From Eledone cirrhosa (lineage: Eukaryota): a stretch of DNA of 64,000 nucleotides. The translations under genes were made by a program, and so were the position numbers. Positions 14,706 to 28,160 of this stretch are shown in pieces. The first letter of the stretch is position 1, and every line of letters begins with the position of its first letter. The stretch spans positions 112,096,001 to 112,160,000 of the forward strand of contig OZ024741.1 of NCBI GenBank assembly GCA_964016885.1, in the 5' to 3' direction. The notes under the pieces are model-generated. The model ran no database searches. It was not told the DNA's origin and worked only from the letters and a program-made list of their open reading frames with translations.

Positions 14706-15189
14706 GGATGTAACAGTAACAAAACACCGCAATGAAAATTAGTCTAAAATAATTATGTAACTGGTTACTAAAAATGCTCATAGAAAGAAAGAATGAAATT
14801 AAGAAAGTAAAAGAACACCCTGAAGAATTTGTTTTTATATTGCGTTTATCAGACAACGCAGACGGAATGATAAAGAGCCATTAATCACAATGGACGATAC
14901 AAATTTTTCGCTAGAATACGCAATTTAAATCATTTGCTAGTAATTGAGAACAACAAACTATAATTTAGTAATGTTCATGAAATAAATAAATAAACAAATA
15001 AATAAATGTGTTATTTTTTTTTTTGCGGTCGTCGTAGGCTACAGATAATGGTGTCTTGATATTTTACATGGTTTATAAATAATGCTGGATATTTTACGTA
15101 GTCCTTAGATAACTCTACATACTAAAGCTGCCGATAAACTAGAATATATCGTCAATAGATAATGACCGTATTTAAAAAGAAAGAAGGGA

Positions 15190-15538
15190 TAGTCATAGCT
15201 GGATCACTTTTGATCATAGGTCTGTTTGATGAAGGCTGGATCCCCCTTGATCATAGGTCTGTTTTGTCATGTATGTATCACTTTTGATCATAGGTTTGTC
15301 TGGCTATGGCTGGATCAACTTCCATCATAGGTCTGTCTGATCATGGTCGGATCAACTTTTGATCATATGTTTATCTGGCTATGGCTGGATCAACTTTGAT
15401 CATAGGTCTGTCTGGTCAAGTTTGGATCACTTTTGATCATAAGTCTGCCTGGTCATATGTGGATAACCCTTTGATCATAAGTCTGTCTGGTCATAGGTGG
15501 ATCACCCTTTGATCATAAGTTTGTCTGGGCAAAGCTGG
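15190..15538. repeat. Degenerate ~38 bp tandem repeat (~9 units)
   Basis: Recurrent tttgatcataggtctgtctgg(t/c)catggctggatca; related single units at ~16015 and ~56615. Confidence 0.8.
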
Positions 15539-15609
15539 TGAGGATCGTGGAGGGAAAGTACTCAGATACACCTTCCAAAGAGTAGTATATGAAGTAACAG
15601 TCTTCAAAT

Positions 15610-15950
15610 AATCTGACTGGATCTTCGAGTGAGACAAACCGCTTATGGATGTTATCCAGCCCTTTTACTCGTGGTCTATCTCTGGGTCTCCTGCCTGTCG
15701 GCTTTACACATAATATCTGTCCTGCAATTCTCTCCGCCTCGCGGGGATGTAACTCTCTTCAGAAAGAAGAAGCCCAGACGAATTTATGATAGGAAGCGTT
15801 GGAGCGGACCTCTTATTACGAAGTCGGATGATGGTCTGACAGAAAACTTTATTTGCTGATCTAAAGGCAGATTCTAACTTAACTCCAAAGTCATCCCATA
15901 TCTTAAACTTCGACCAATTCTGTAACAGTACAAGTTCACCGAGAATTATA
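15610..15950 (-). mobile_element. RTE-clade LINE C-terminal fragment
   Basis: Minus strand reads RPRDRPRVK..DNIH, similar to the RTE fragments at 62340-62960. Confidence 0.55.
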
Positions 15951-16384
15951 GGAACATTTATATCGAAAACAAAAAAAACAAAACAAAAAAGAAAAATCAT
16001 CAACCACAGGTTCATCCTAGCTGGAGTATATTTGAACATAGGTCTGCTCCATTAAAGCTGACCTAGTGTTTAAAAAAAAAATCACACATAGTATTTAACA
16101 TAAGGTGTGTGAGAACTGTTATACCAGCACAGCGATTCTTTGGGGAAAATTGCTTACCCAGTATGCGACGGAAAAAAACTGTTGATGAAAACATTCTAAT
16201 GTTTTGTTCGAACAAATAAGAACGTAAAGAGCAAATATTTGCCTCACTTTCACTACAAATTCTACCAACACCTTTCTTCAGAAATAGAACTCTATTCTCA
16301 CCACTATATTCTCTCTTATGTTCTCATCCATTCGATTTTCTTTAAGCTAATCTCATCGTTAACTTCAGTCTATTCGTGCTGTAG

Positions 16385-16973
<589 letters not shown>

Positions 16974-17415
16974 ATATGTTGTTTTTAACTTGATTTTCAA
17001 AAATTATTTTTACCTCTTCACGATATAATGTAAAGCAGTTTTAAACCGTTCAAATTGTTCTATCTCTGTTCCATATTCTCTGTATTTTTTAGTGTTTCTA
17101 TTCTTTCTTTCTTTTCATATCATTAAAACATTAAAACAAAAATAACAACAAAGAAATCACAGTGCTTAAACTGTAAAAGACTTCAGGAAAGAAAAAAATT
17201 AAATTTGATACCGATTTACACCCGCTTACGTATACAAATAGTTTCATTGACATGCACACTTACACAAACACACACACATATATATAATACGCAAATAAAT
17301 ACTCATACATATGATCCTGAATCTAAATAGCAAGTACACACATATATCTATGTATAAGCAAATATCTAAGCAGGAGCATAAAGTATATATCTCTGCGCAG
17401 TACAAACACACATAA

Positions 17416-17509
<94 letters not shown>

Positions 17510-18147
17510 GCACCACAATATAGGTGAGAGACCACATGTGTGGTTGTATTGGTGGGGGAAAGATTAATGCTTCCCTACGTAAAATAGGTTTTACATTTGG
17601 AATTCTATACAACGTATATAGAAATATATGCAAATATATGCAAACACGTATATAAGTGTGTCTGTATAGTAACTAACTATCCTCAAAATTCCAAGACCAA
17701 AACTTCCTTTAGTGATATTCAGGTTAAAAGAAGCTAGCTGGTGAGACTACTGTTCCGCCCATGCACCATACTAACCTGCTCGTTTAACTGTTTCAGCCAG
17801 TAGACTGGGGCCATGTTAGGGCATCACCTTGATTTTGCCGATCTTATCGACCCTAGTACATATTTTTCAAGTCCAGTACTTATTTTATCGATCTGTTTTT
17901 TGTGCCGAAACACAGACAGACGTAAACATGAACACACACACACTCCAACACACGATGGGTTTCTGCAGTTTCTGTCTACCAAATTCCACTCATAAGGCAT
18001 TGGTCAACCTCATGCTATAGCATAAGACACTTGACGAACGTACCACACAGTGGAATTGAGCGCAGAACCAACTGGTTGCAAATTGAACTCCTTTACGACT
18101 CTGCCAATTTATTTGTGAGGATCATTATTTTTATTTCGATACCATTA

Positions 18148-18343
18148 CAGGCCTGTCAACTCTCACCGTCAGACGGGGAGATCTCCCACCCAGTTCAGGG
18201 TGGGTGGGAGATGTCTTCGCTTATGAACATGGGTATAGTTTTCATTATGTAAAATCCACCCATCTTGTCTCATTTCTCCCCGTTTTAGGGCACCCTTTTT
18301 CATGATACTCCCCCATTTGGATTTTTAGAGGTTGGCAGGTCTG
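18148..18343. mobile_element. MITE with hAT-like TIRs; partial second copy at 23134-23280
   Basis: Termini caggcctgtcaac / gttggcaggtctg; internal sequence shared with 23134-23280. Confidence 0.7.
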
Positions 18344-18793
18344 CTATTGATGTTTTCATCAGAGCTGATTCCAGTTTGTTCCTACCAACTCATTAACATC
18401 TACTAGAAATGAGAATTTAACAACATAGATGATATACTTTGCTGCTTTTGTCGGGCCTCTGTCGGTTCTGACGACGATTGTTCTAGTTATTTAATCAAAA
18501 GATCAGTCTGCTCATAAAATTAACGTGAAAGTGGCTGAGCATTCCACAGACATATGTTTTCTTAACGACATATGTTTTCTTAACGAGTTATTCGGCGTGA
18601 CACAGAGTTTGGCAAGTCAGGTACTATGTTTTACAAGTTCAGCTCATTTTTGCCAGATGTATGGACTCAAGCAATTTTAAATAACATGCCTTGCTCAAGA
18701 ACACAATACTTCACCGGGAATCGAACTCAAGACCTTATGATCGCGAACCGAACACCCTAAAAAGTAACCCAAGCGCCTTCACATAGAGAGAGA

Positions 18794-18964
18794 CAGTGCC
18801 GGATTTACTATTGTGCTTAGGTGTGCTTAAGCACAGGGCCCCGATGACCGTTGGGGAATTTTCCTGCTAAACGTTTTTACGATGAATTAGCTCCCCCGGA
18901 GCTCAAGTAAAGGGCCTCATAACTAAACTAGCACAGGGCCTCATTTGTCCTAAATCCTGCACTG
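18794..18964. mobile_element. hAT-like MITE
   Basis: 14 bp TIRs CAGTGCCGGATTTA / TAAATCCTGCACTG with one mismatch; no clear TSD. Confidence 0.75.
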
Positions 18965-19079
18965 TGTATAATTGAATTAGTCTCCCTGCTAACACGACAA
19001 TTGCAAAGGTTTACCGCAACCACATGCTAACCATGTAAAGTGAGATATTCTCTTATATTTGTGTGGGACTAAGTAAAAA

Positions 19080-19365
19080 TATCAGCAACCTATTCCATCG
19101 CAACCTCAATGATATATGTCTGGACAATGTGAGAAAATGCTCTCTGCGTGCAGAACCCTAGCGGACAGAATCAAATCAACGTTACCCCGGAGGATAGCGA
19201 GAGAAATGCGTTGAAACAGCCATTCCAACTTGTGGGGCCCACTCCTGTGGGCTGCCAACACCACCGCAATAGCCGTGAGTAAGGCGGTATTCGAGAACCA
19301 AGAACTCCAGAATCGTCCACTGCTATAGTTTAAACGACAAACATATGGCAAAGCGGTTGACACTT
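19080..19365 (-). mobile_element. CRE-clade LINE 3'-end fragment
   Basis: ORF 19106-19363 contains LEWLFQRISLAILRGNVDLIL, the CRE C-terminal motif; homologous to 10250-10395. Confidence 0.7.
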
Positions 19366-19800
19366 AAAATATCACCTTACCGTTATTTGATGACAAGATA
19401 AATTTAATAATTTCATATGAATCCATGAGAATATTAATACATGAATAAACATCCTTAAGATGCTAGGTCAATAACGATGAGGACAATTATTACTAAACAA
19501 TAACGATGTTAATTTAATCATAGATTCAAATAGAAACTTCCAACAGAATTCGAATATAATAAAATCACTTATTTAATGTAATAACTTCTCTCCATTTAAT
19601 CTAAAATATTATTATGTTTGTAAAGCCTTTTTTGTTCATCTGTCAAACGAACGCTAAAATCTTACAAATTCTTTCTATATTTTCATTTAGAATTTATGAG
19701 ACACAATTAAACATGAGACAAAAAAGTCTTTGACAAATATTCTAAATGCTTTAAAATCGTTTTCTTCCTATCAAGCAACAATGTTGTCTGCCAGGGGAGT

Positions 19801-19847
<47 letters not shown>

Positions 19848-19949
19848 GTTTCTCTGTATATATATAAATATATATATATATATACGCTTGCATTACACAT
19901 TACATTCATACATATACATCATATTTTGATATTCTACAGTAATTATTTG

Positions 19950-20032
<83 letters not shown>

Positions 20033-20504
20033 GGTGGGTGTGTAATAGGTAGTTATTTATAACACCATGAATAGTTATTAATATTATGTATTTCTCGTAT
20101 ATTTCCTGGAAGACTTTGATTACATATTTAAAATGATTAAAAATTAATGACCGCATAGCTCATTCGGTGAAAGCAAATCGAAAATATAATTAAGGCTAAT
20201 AGATAACAATCTATATTCGGTGTTTATATGATAACATTAAAAATACACACGGATCATACGTCATGTTCTTATTTATATATATTTTTTTATATGAAGAATT
20301 AATTTAATATTAACACGTATATGTTAATCCACCGTAGAAAATGAACCGAGTAAAGTGACTCACCTTCTCTATAATTGTCCATTTTGAACTAATTCGAACT
20401 GTTCCTTAATCTGTAATTCGCTCAAAATACATTTCTGAAATTAACTTCTAAATTTACTGTATCGCATTTAAGAATGATTCAAACATAAAATTGCTAGTTA
20501 AGTT

Positions 20505-21335
20505 CAGGGCTGGATTTAATGGGGACCAAAGGGGGAAAATGCCCCAGGTCCCTTGGTAGTAGCGGTGATGGGGGACACTAGCGACAGCCTTTGCAATTTA
20601 TTTGTGCCCTTTGCTGGGCTTTAGTGGAAGATCAAGGAAAACATGGGACGAAGTTGTAAAGAATGACATCAAGAAACTGAACCCGACAAAGGAGATGACA
20701 CAGTGCAGAGCTGATTGATGCTATGCCATAATACAAACAACATGCTCACTAGTATAAACACTGGGGCACTTAAAGTAAGTGTGGTGAGAATTCGGAGGCT
20801 ACAGTGGCAATCGAATGGAGACAATATAGTGTTTAAGGGAACGCTTTCGTCTGGCCCAGATTGTGACAACCTCTTTAGTACTAGTACCATGATAAAAGGT
20901 ACATCCTGTAAATTGTTAGTGTTGGTGCCTTTATAGAATATACCTAGTCAACGGTGTAAAGTAGTTGTGCTGGTATCGCAAAAACAATGCACCCAGTAAA
21001 AACTCTAAAGTGGTTATGTTAGGAAGGGCATCCAGCCATAGAAACCATGCTAAATATGTAATGTATGGGCATGATGAGATCGCTCCGATATGTCTCATCT
21101 TGGACTGTGGTAACCCGTCCAACACATGCCATTGTGGAAAGTGGATGTAAAATGAGGATGGTTAGATTTTTTTAAAATGTAATACCTGTATGTATAACTT
21201 TTCAATTCCAATTACTTCCGCCAAGCCAACTTTGATGAGTAAAATTGGGGGTTTGATGTGTATTTTAATTTTTTGTGTATGAGCTCCCACCAACCTGAAT
21301 TGCCCCAGGCCCTCGAAGCTCTAAATCCGGCTCTG
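20505..21335. mobile_element. Non-autonomous hAT element with perfect 8 bp TSD
   Basis: TIRs CAGGGCTGGATTTA / TAAATCCGGCTCTG; TSD GTTAAGTT at 20497-20504 and 21336-21343. Confidence 0.85.
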
Positions 21336-21614
21336 GTTAAGTTACACAATGCATTATCTTCATTCTATACGCCATAGTTTGTTGGAAGAACAGTGTGAGC
21401 GATGAATGGCGTAATGAAATCCTCAATAATGTTATATAGTATATAACATTGTAATGTCTATAATTTAGAGAAGAAGAACAAAAGAACAAATCAATAAATA
21501 ATGAGTCAGGAAAGAAGATAAACCTTATGGATTAGTTTTTAAAATGTATTTTGTTTCATTTTCGGTTGTTTTCCCTCATATTTGAATCGACCAAAATAAA
21601 ACGCTACGTGTGTT

Positions 21615-21649
<35 letters not shown>

Positions 21650-22027
21650 ACACAAAGAATCAGTGTTGCATCATATACACATTCAATTACATATTACATA
21701 TGTTTCACTGCCGATCAGGTCCTCAGATATGTGTTCACATGTAGACTCGCGCCTGGGTAGTGGGTAGTGTAGTGAGAATTCGGAGTCTTCCCGTTTCATT
21801 AGATTAGGCTGTCACATACTCTGTTTGGGGAATATGGCGATAACACATTCCTCTAGCAGATTGTGTGGCAGCCTAATTTAATAAATCGTGGATAACTAAG
21901 TACCCAACAATTAACACCTGAAGATGTATCCAGGTTCCTACGCAACCTAGCCACTAAAATGGGGATAGTGTTTGCATAAATAAATAATTAAGGAAATTCA
22001 ACATATTTGGTCTCCTGTAATTTCACT

Positions 22028-22211
<184 letters not shown>

Positions 22212-22848
22212 TATATATATTGATATATATATATATATATATATATGAGTATGTGTGTGTTGTATGTTTTTTAATTTTTTTAAATTATGCACAACGCATT
22301 TCTTATTTTAGTCATGTTGCTCCAGTAAAACTTTTGCTTTCCAGCCACAAGGTCTTGGGTTCTAAACTTACATCTGTTTCTGTAAACAGTTATTTCTCCA
22401 AAGTTTCTCAGACATATAATCCTGTACATTTATTTAATTATATCCTAGGAATCTATCATTAAAATATCATTCTTACCGTTAATCATTTTCTGGGTTTAAA
22501 ACAAACTATAGGGTTTCTCATATGCAAACCATAAATTTATCAAAACGTCAATTTCCCGGACTGTATGATTGTTCGTATATCCAGTAATACTTTTATATAT
22601 GGTTTAGTAATCCTGAACTCTAAATATTAAATACATTCAACTCTATTGCCGTCATTATTGACAGCACTTGTCTAATAGCATTTGTATATGAACCAAGCAA
22701 AATACAGTCTCCATTATATTATGCCATCGGAGAATTCAATTAGGAACTTGAAACGGCTGATTCAATTGTACGTCTAATATGTATGCATGTGTGTGTGTAA
22801 GAAAATGAGGTTTTTTTTTTTAAAAGAAATGTCCCATACTGGTGAAAA

Positions 22849-23101
22849 TATAAGGAAAGGAAATTGAAAATGCAACTGGAGTCTTTTAAGAATATGTATA
22901 TATTTACTTTACCTGTTTCACTGTTCTTATGATTTTCAAAAGTAAAATTGAGATGGAGAGTTTGTGTTTCTGTTGTGACAAACCACAACAGAAACACAAA
23001 CCCTCCATCTCAATTTTACTTTTGAGAATCATAAGAACAGTGAAACCGGTAAAGTAAATGAAGATTCTTAAAAGACTACAGTTGCATATTCAATTTATTT
23101 T

Positions 23102-23108
<7 letters not shown>
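22849..23108. repeat. Imperfect ~130 bp-arm palindrome containing an HHR-like motif
   Basis: Arms centred on tgttgtg-acaaac-cacaaca (~22980); (TA)n on the right; a third diverged motif copy at ~23420-23457. Confidence 0.85.
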
Positions 23109-23137
<29 letters not shown>

Positions 23138-23281
23138 CCTGTCAACTCTCCCCAGCCGACGGGGAGATCTCCCACTCACTTTGACGTGGGTGAGAGATGT
23201 CTTCTCTTGTGAAAATAGGTATAGCTTTCATTATGTAAAATCTCCCCATTTTGCCTCATTTCTCTCCGTTTTGGGACACCT

Positions 23282-23395
<114 letters not shown>

Positions 23396-23570
23396 CAAAA
23401 ATCACCCTATCTCAAAATTATTTTTGAAAACCATAAGAAATGCGCAACCGGTAAAAACTTAAAACTAAAACTGAATACTAACTAATACTTATTACTAATT
23501 TATACTTATTCCCAAATAAACTATTTTTCACTGGGAAAAATTTGTCACCATTTTCTTTTCCTTTTTACTA

Positions 23571-23603
<33 letters not shown>

Positions 23604-25866
23604 ATAGTACCCTCTATAATCATACGTGAGAAGAAAGCAGTGTGACAAACCTAAAGATATTTTATGGCGAAAGTACGGATAATTTTTTACTTACTCTCGT
23701 ACTATTATATGCCAGATATACTTTTAACGTCGGTGTTTTCTCTCTCATACTGAAATATATTTCAATCTACGTTAGAGGTATAATTTTTGTAAATTATAAG
23801 AACAATACCTAACTGCAGGAGGCCTGGACATTTGATCTTGTAGGCCTAAACTGCTACTATTTGCTTTTCTCTCCGGAAATATCATATTTGCTCGGCAAAT
23901 GTGATATATCATACTGAGACAAATCTATTGTCTATGCTATATGAATGTTACTTATACACATAACCTTTTCTGAACATGGTGAATTTACAGTTCACAAAGT
24001 CAGAATTTCGTCATATATCTGGAAGGAAGTTCTTGTAATATAATTTTGTTTTTGTATAGTTATGTAATATGAAACAGAACGATCCCCTTATGGTTCACAG
24101 TAACCAAATTTCGCCAGAACAAATCGTAAGGTTTCTTAAAATACAATTGATATTACATTTTTAAGACAGTCATTAGAATGTTAGATTGAATATTTTGCAG
24201 CATTTGTTCCGGCTCTCTGCGCTCTGAGTTCAAATCTCATTGAAGTCAACTTTGTCTTTCATCTTTTCGAGCACGAGAAAATAAGTATCAGTTCAGTACT
24301 GGGGGCAATTGCTATGAATATTTTACATAATGACGGCTTCGACGATGAATACTCAATTGTTCAATCAACAGAACGTGTAAGTGGCTAAGAATTTCACAGA
24401 CACGTGTACTCATAACGTAATTCCCAAGTCGAATCAGCATTACATATGTGACAAGACTGGGTCTTTGAATTACAAATACAATCCATCCTACGGGCTTCCA
24501 CACAATGCTTGCATTAACCCGGAGCTATGGTAAAGATATTTGCTCAAAATTCCACGCATTATTGTAAAGCGAGCATCCTAACTCGTCTGGATGTATGATG
24601 TGAACAATGTCTTTGTTTCTCTCTAGCCTGACATGTTAACATTTAATTAAGATGGACTGTAGTAGACTCTAACTTAAGACGTTTGACGTTAAACACTGAT
24701 TAAAGTGGATTATTAAAGTATTTTGTAACTTAGAGACTTAAGTGGTTGTTAAAGGGTTACAAAGTGGTTGTGGTAGTGGCAGTTCCACCGTCACTTGCCG
24801 AACTAGACAAATTCTAGTTGGCAGTTCATCTAGTCGTGCTTATTTTAGCTCTCTTTCTCTTCTTTTCTTTTTCTTTCATTCATTCTTTCCGCCTTTCTAT
24901 TCCCCTCTCTCCCCTCTCGCCGTACTGTTTTCCCTAGTATATTTCTTGCGTATAACCTCCTTAGAAAATCAAATCTCTTTAGTAAGACAAATCTCGTTTG
25001 TTAGAATTCCATCACAGGTAAAACACCTGCTCATTTATAGTAGAATCTTTACATTGAAGCCCCACCAAGAATAACTTTGCCTTTCTTTCATCCGTTCCAT
25101 CGGTATATAGAATACCAGTTCAGGGTAGCGGATTGGCAGAATTATTAGAAGGTCGGACAAGATACCTTACAGCATATGTTCCAAGTTTCTGCATTCTGAG
25201 TTCAAATGCCACTTATTGTATCGTGTTCCCACAGAAGTAGATGGTGATGAGCTTCGAATAACAGAAGTGATACCGCAATTGGAGCAGTACCTCGGTTATG
25301 TCTATATGAAGGAATGAGGGGCGTGTATGAAGCAGGTGAAAAGCTAGAAATGATTAAAAAATACTTCGAGCTTCATAGATTGTGTTAGAAACAATCTCTC
25401 AATAGATTCTTCAAACGGAAATTATAGCCTTTTCAAACTTATCATCCCAATGGAAATACAATAGTATCGTGACTTCTTAGCTTATTGCATTTATTAACTG
25501 TATTAAACACCTTCGCATTTCCGCGTATATATCTATTACATATTAGTCAAGAAATAGTGTTAGTAACATCTCCCTTCAAAGGAAACAAAGTGAGCTAAAA
25601 CTCTGCCTCCAACCACAAAATATGGAACACAAGTTATATATAGATGTAACAAGTAAAAGAGTGGTTGACACGGGTAAGCGATATAATAAGGTTTTATTCC
25701 AAGCATTAACATATGTTTCATCGCCTAATAAGCAATTAATTATGTCTTGAAATTGCCATCATCAATAGTTGATTGGCTATTATGAAATTCGATTTTAAAT
25801 ACAAAAAAACAATGCAGTCACTAGGTGAATTATCAAAATACTGATCATGGATTTAGTCTCACAATG

Positions 25867-26776
25867 GTTTTATATCAAATAACATAAACAATAAAATGAG
25901 AAATAAAATAAAACTGAGAGAAAATTATATACTTGAGGGGGTCGGGAGATAGGGATAATATAAAATATTGGAATAATATTTCGGTAAAAACAGGGGAGCT
26001 TAAAAATTACATAATTGTTTCTACTTTTGGCACAAGGCCAGCAATTACCCAGTACATTACTGGTACTTTATTTTATCGACCCCGTAAGGATGAAAGGCAA
26101 AGTCAACCTCGGCTGGATTTGAACTCAGATCGTAAAGGGACGTAACTAAGCTGGAAAGCATGGCGTCCGACCCTATACCGATACTGCCAATCCACCGCCT
26201 AAAAATTACATAATAAAAGAAAATATGGAGCATGTTAGTGGGTTTTTGATGGGCGTGGCTAGAAGCGGTCAGTTTCACTTACAGCTGATTGGTTCATTGT
26301 CGACATAGATGTACTAACATGTTCGTAATCTACAAACCGCAATAGACCTGATTCGATCCACAGCCCTCAGTTTATATATAAATATACTACATCTCCCAGA
26401 CTTCTAATGCTTGAAAACATTAACTAACCTTGTCTCACACACACGTAGTCTTCTTATCTATCTAACACTATTTCAACAGTACCATAAAGAAATCATTTGT
26501 TTGATAACATCAAATGACGAACATACCAGGACTGGCCGAAATGAACTAGAACACTTAACCAATCAGCTGTAAGTGAAACTGACCACTTCTAACCTCGCCC
26601 ATCTAAAACCTACTAACAGGCTCCGTATTTTTAAATTTTTAAATTTATTATGTATTTTTTAGGCTTTCCTGTCTTTCTTTGTTTATACCCAAATATTATT
26701 CTCCCCACCGCCTCAAGTATATGATTTTCTCTCAGTTTTATGTTTCATTTTGATGTTTATATTATTTGGTATAAAA
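25867..26776. mobile_element. Fold-back/MITE-like element with long imperfect inverted repeats
   Basis: 26221-26294 is inverted at 26557-26630 (ggtcagtttcacttacagctgattggtt / aaccaatcagctgtaagtgaaactgacc). 25867-26015 is inverted at ~26640-26776. Confidence 0.75.
26016..26199 (-). mobile_element. Full-length tRNA-derived SINE with 15 bp TSD
   Basis: A and B boxes on the minus strand; TSD taaaaattacataat at 26001-26015 and 26200-26214. Confidence 0.9.
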
Positions 26777-26854
26777 ATCATGCATGGATTTGTTGCTAGG
26801 CGGCTTCATATAAATAAGCAAAGTAGTCTATTTTGGACCAACAACCGCTATATT

Positions 26855-27090
26855 GGCCTCACTTTGATGAATATGCTTTTGCAATCCAAGAACAAGAAAT
26901 CAATACAAAATTTCTGATTCACAAAAAATTTTAGGGATGCAGGCAAAATACCTAGATGTGACAACAAATGTAGACTCTGTAGAATTAACATTGAATATGT
27001 CATCCATATCATAAGCAACTGTCCAAAGATGTAAACACGGTACTATCTCCCTATGATGCATGATGTAGGGGCTAAATACAATGCAATTCG
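26855..27090 (+). mobile_element. R4/Dong-like fragment
   Basis: HFDEYAFAIQEQEINTKFL...KCRLCRINIEYVIHIISNCPKM*TRYYLPMMHDV, homologous to 43750-43945. Confidence 0.75.
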
Positions 27091-27899
27091 TTTTGAAGTA
27101 ATGTGCCAGCTTCAGCATTCGGTCATCATCATAAGGGAGATAAGTGTAAAATCCAAACTTTAATTCAGTATTCGTGCCAACCCTTATCTATCGGTAAATG
27201 TCATTCAACTCATTGCTGCATATCAACAAAGAACACATGACTAAGATAACGATATTGAAAGTATTATTAAAGAAAATTTTATATTCTATTTCTTTGTTTT
27301 TACTGTTTAGTAAAAAAAACGGAAGAGCAGAGCCAATGAAAATCTTCATGGTACCCCAAAACTGGTGGGCGGGAGGAAGTTAGCCAGCTAAAGGCTTCCA
27401 AAGGCCAGTCGATGGTGTTAAACTGGGTGACGGATTAATACTACTACCCACGTATTTCACAGCAGATTTTGAATTCAGAATGCGGAGCCAAAGCTAATGC
27501 TCTATCAATTCCGGTAATTCATTGTTCTGGATTGATAATATATATCATCCATCCGGATAAAATGAAAGGGAACGTTGACATCAGCAGGATTTAACCTCAG
27601 AGCACATATCCGGAATAAATACCCAAGCCTTACCTAACGATTTTGCTAATTTGATACATACTTCTGCCATTTGAAATTTGGTTTTATTTATTTGGCCAAT
27701 AACGATTCAATACCTATGTGTTTGTTATGTGAAATGACATTTAGAAATTATGATATGAAGCATTCGAAGTTGTAAGATCACCTTAAGATGATGTATTTAG
27801 ATATGTGAAACAAATATTTTCAATTATTTTAAGACATTGAAGAAAATGTTTTGAAGATGTCCAGCCTTCATGTCGTTTCCCAAGTCACCACCTCATATT

Positions 27900-28160
27900 C
27901 AAAGTGGAAATGAAGGTTTCTTACAATATATCCTTTAACATAACAGAAAAAGGAATGTCATATACAATTGGAGAGGCTATTATTAAACCAGTTGTAAAGA
28001 AAGTCATAGAAACTGTTATGAAGAAGGACTCTGAACTTATTCTTAAGGTTATTCCTTTAAGTAAAATGCCATATTTATGATATTGAAGAAGTTATTGAAA
28101 AGACGATAACTTCAGAATTTTAATTGTGTAAATTCTCTAACCAGATGAATGGGTCAACAT
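27900..28160 (+). pseudogene. hAT (Charlie/Buster-type) transposase fragment
   Basis: MKVSYNISFNITEKGMSYTIGEAIIKPVVKKVIETVMKK...KVIPLS resembles the Buster motif ASY.IS..IAK.GKPHTIGE.LI.P...IPLSN. Confidence 0.7.

Noticed and set aside
26016-26199. tRNA genes at A/B-box sites
   Set aside because: No cloverleaf; the boxes belong to a multi-copy SINE with TSDs.
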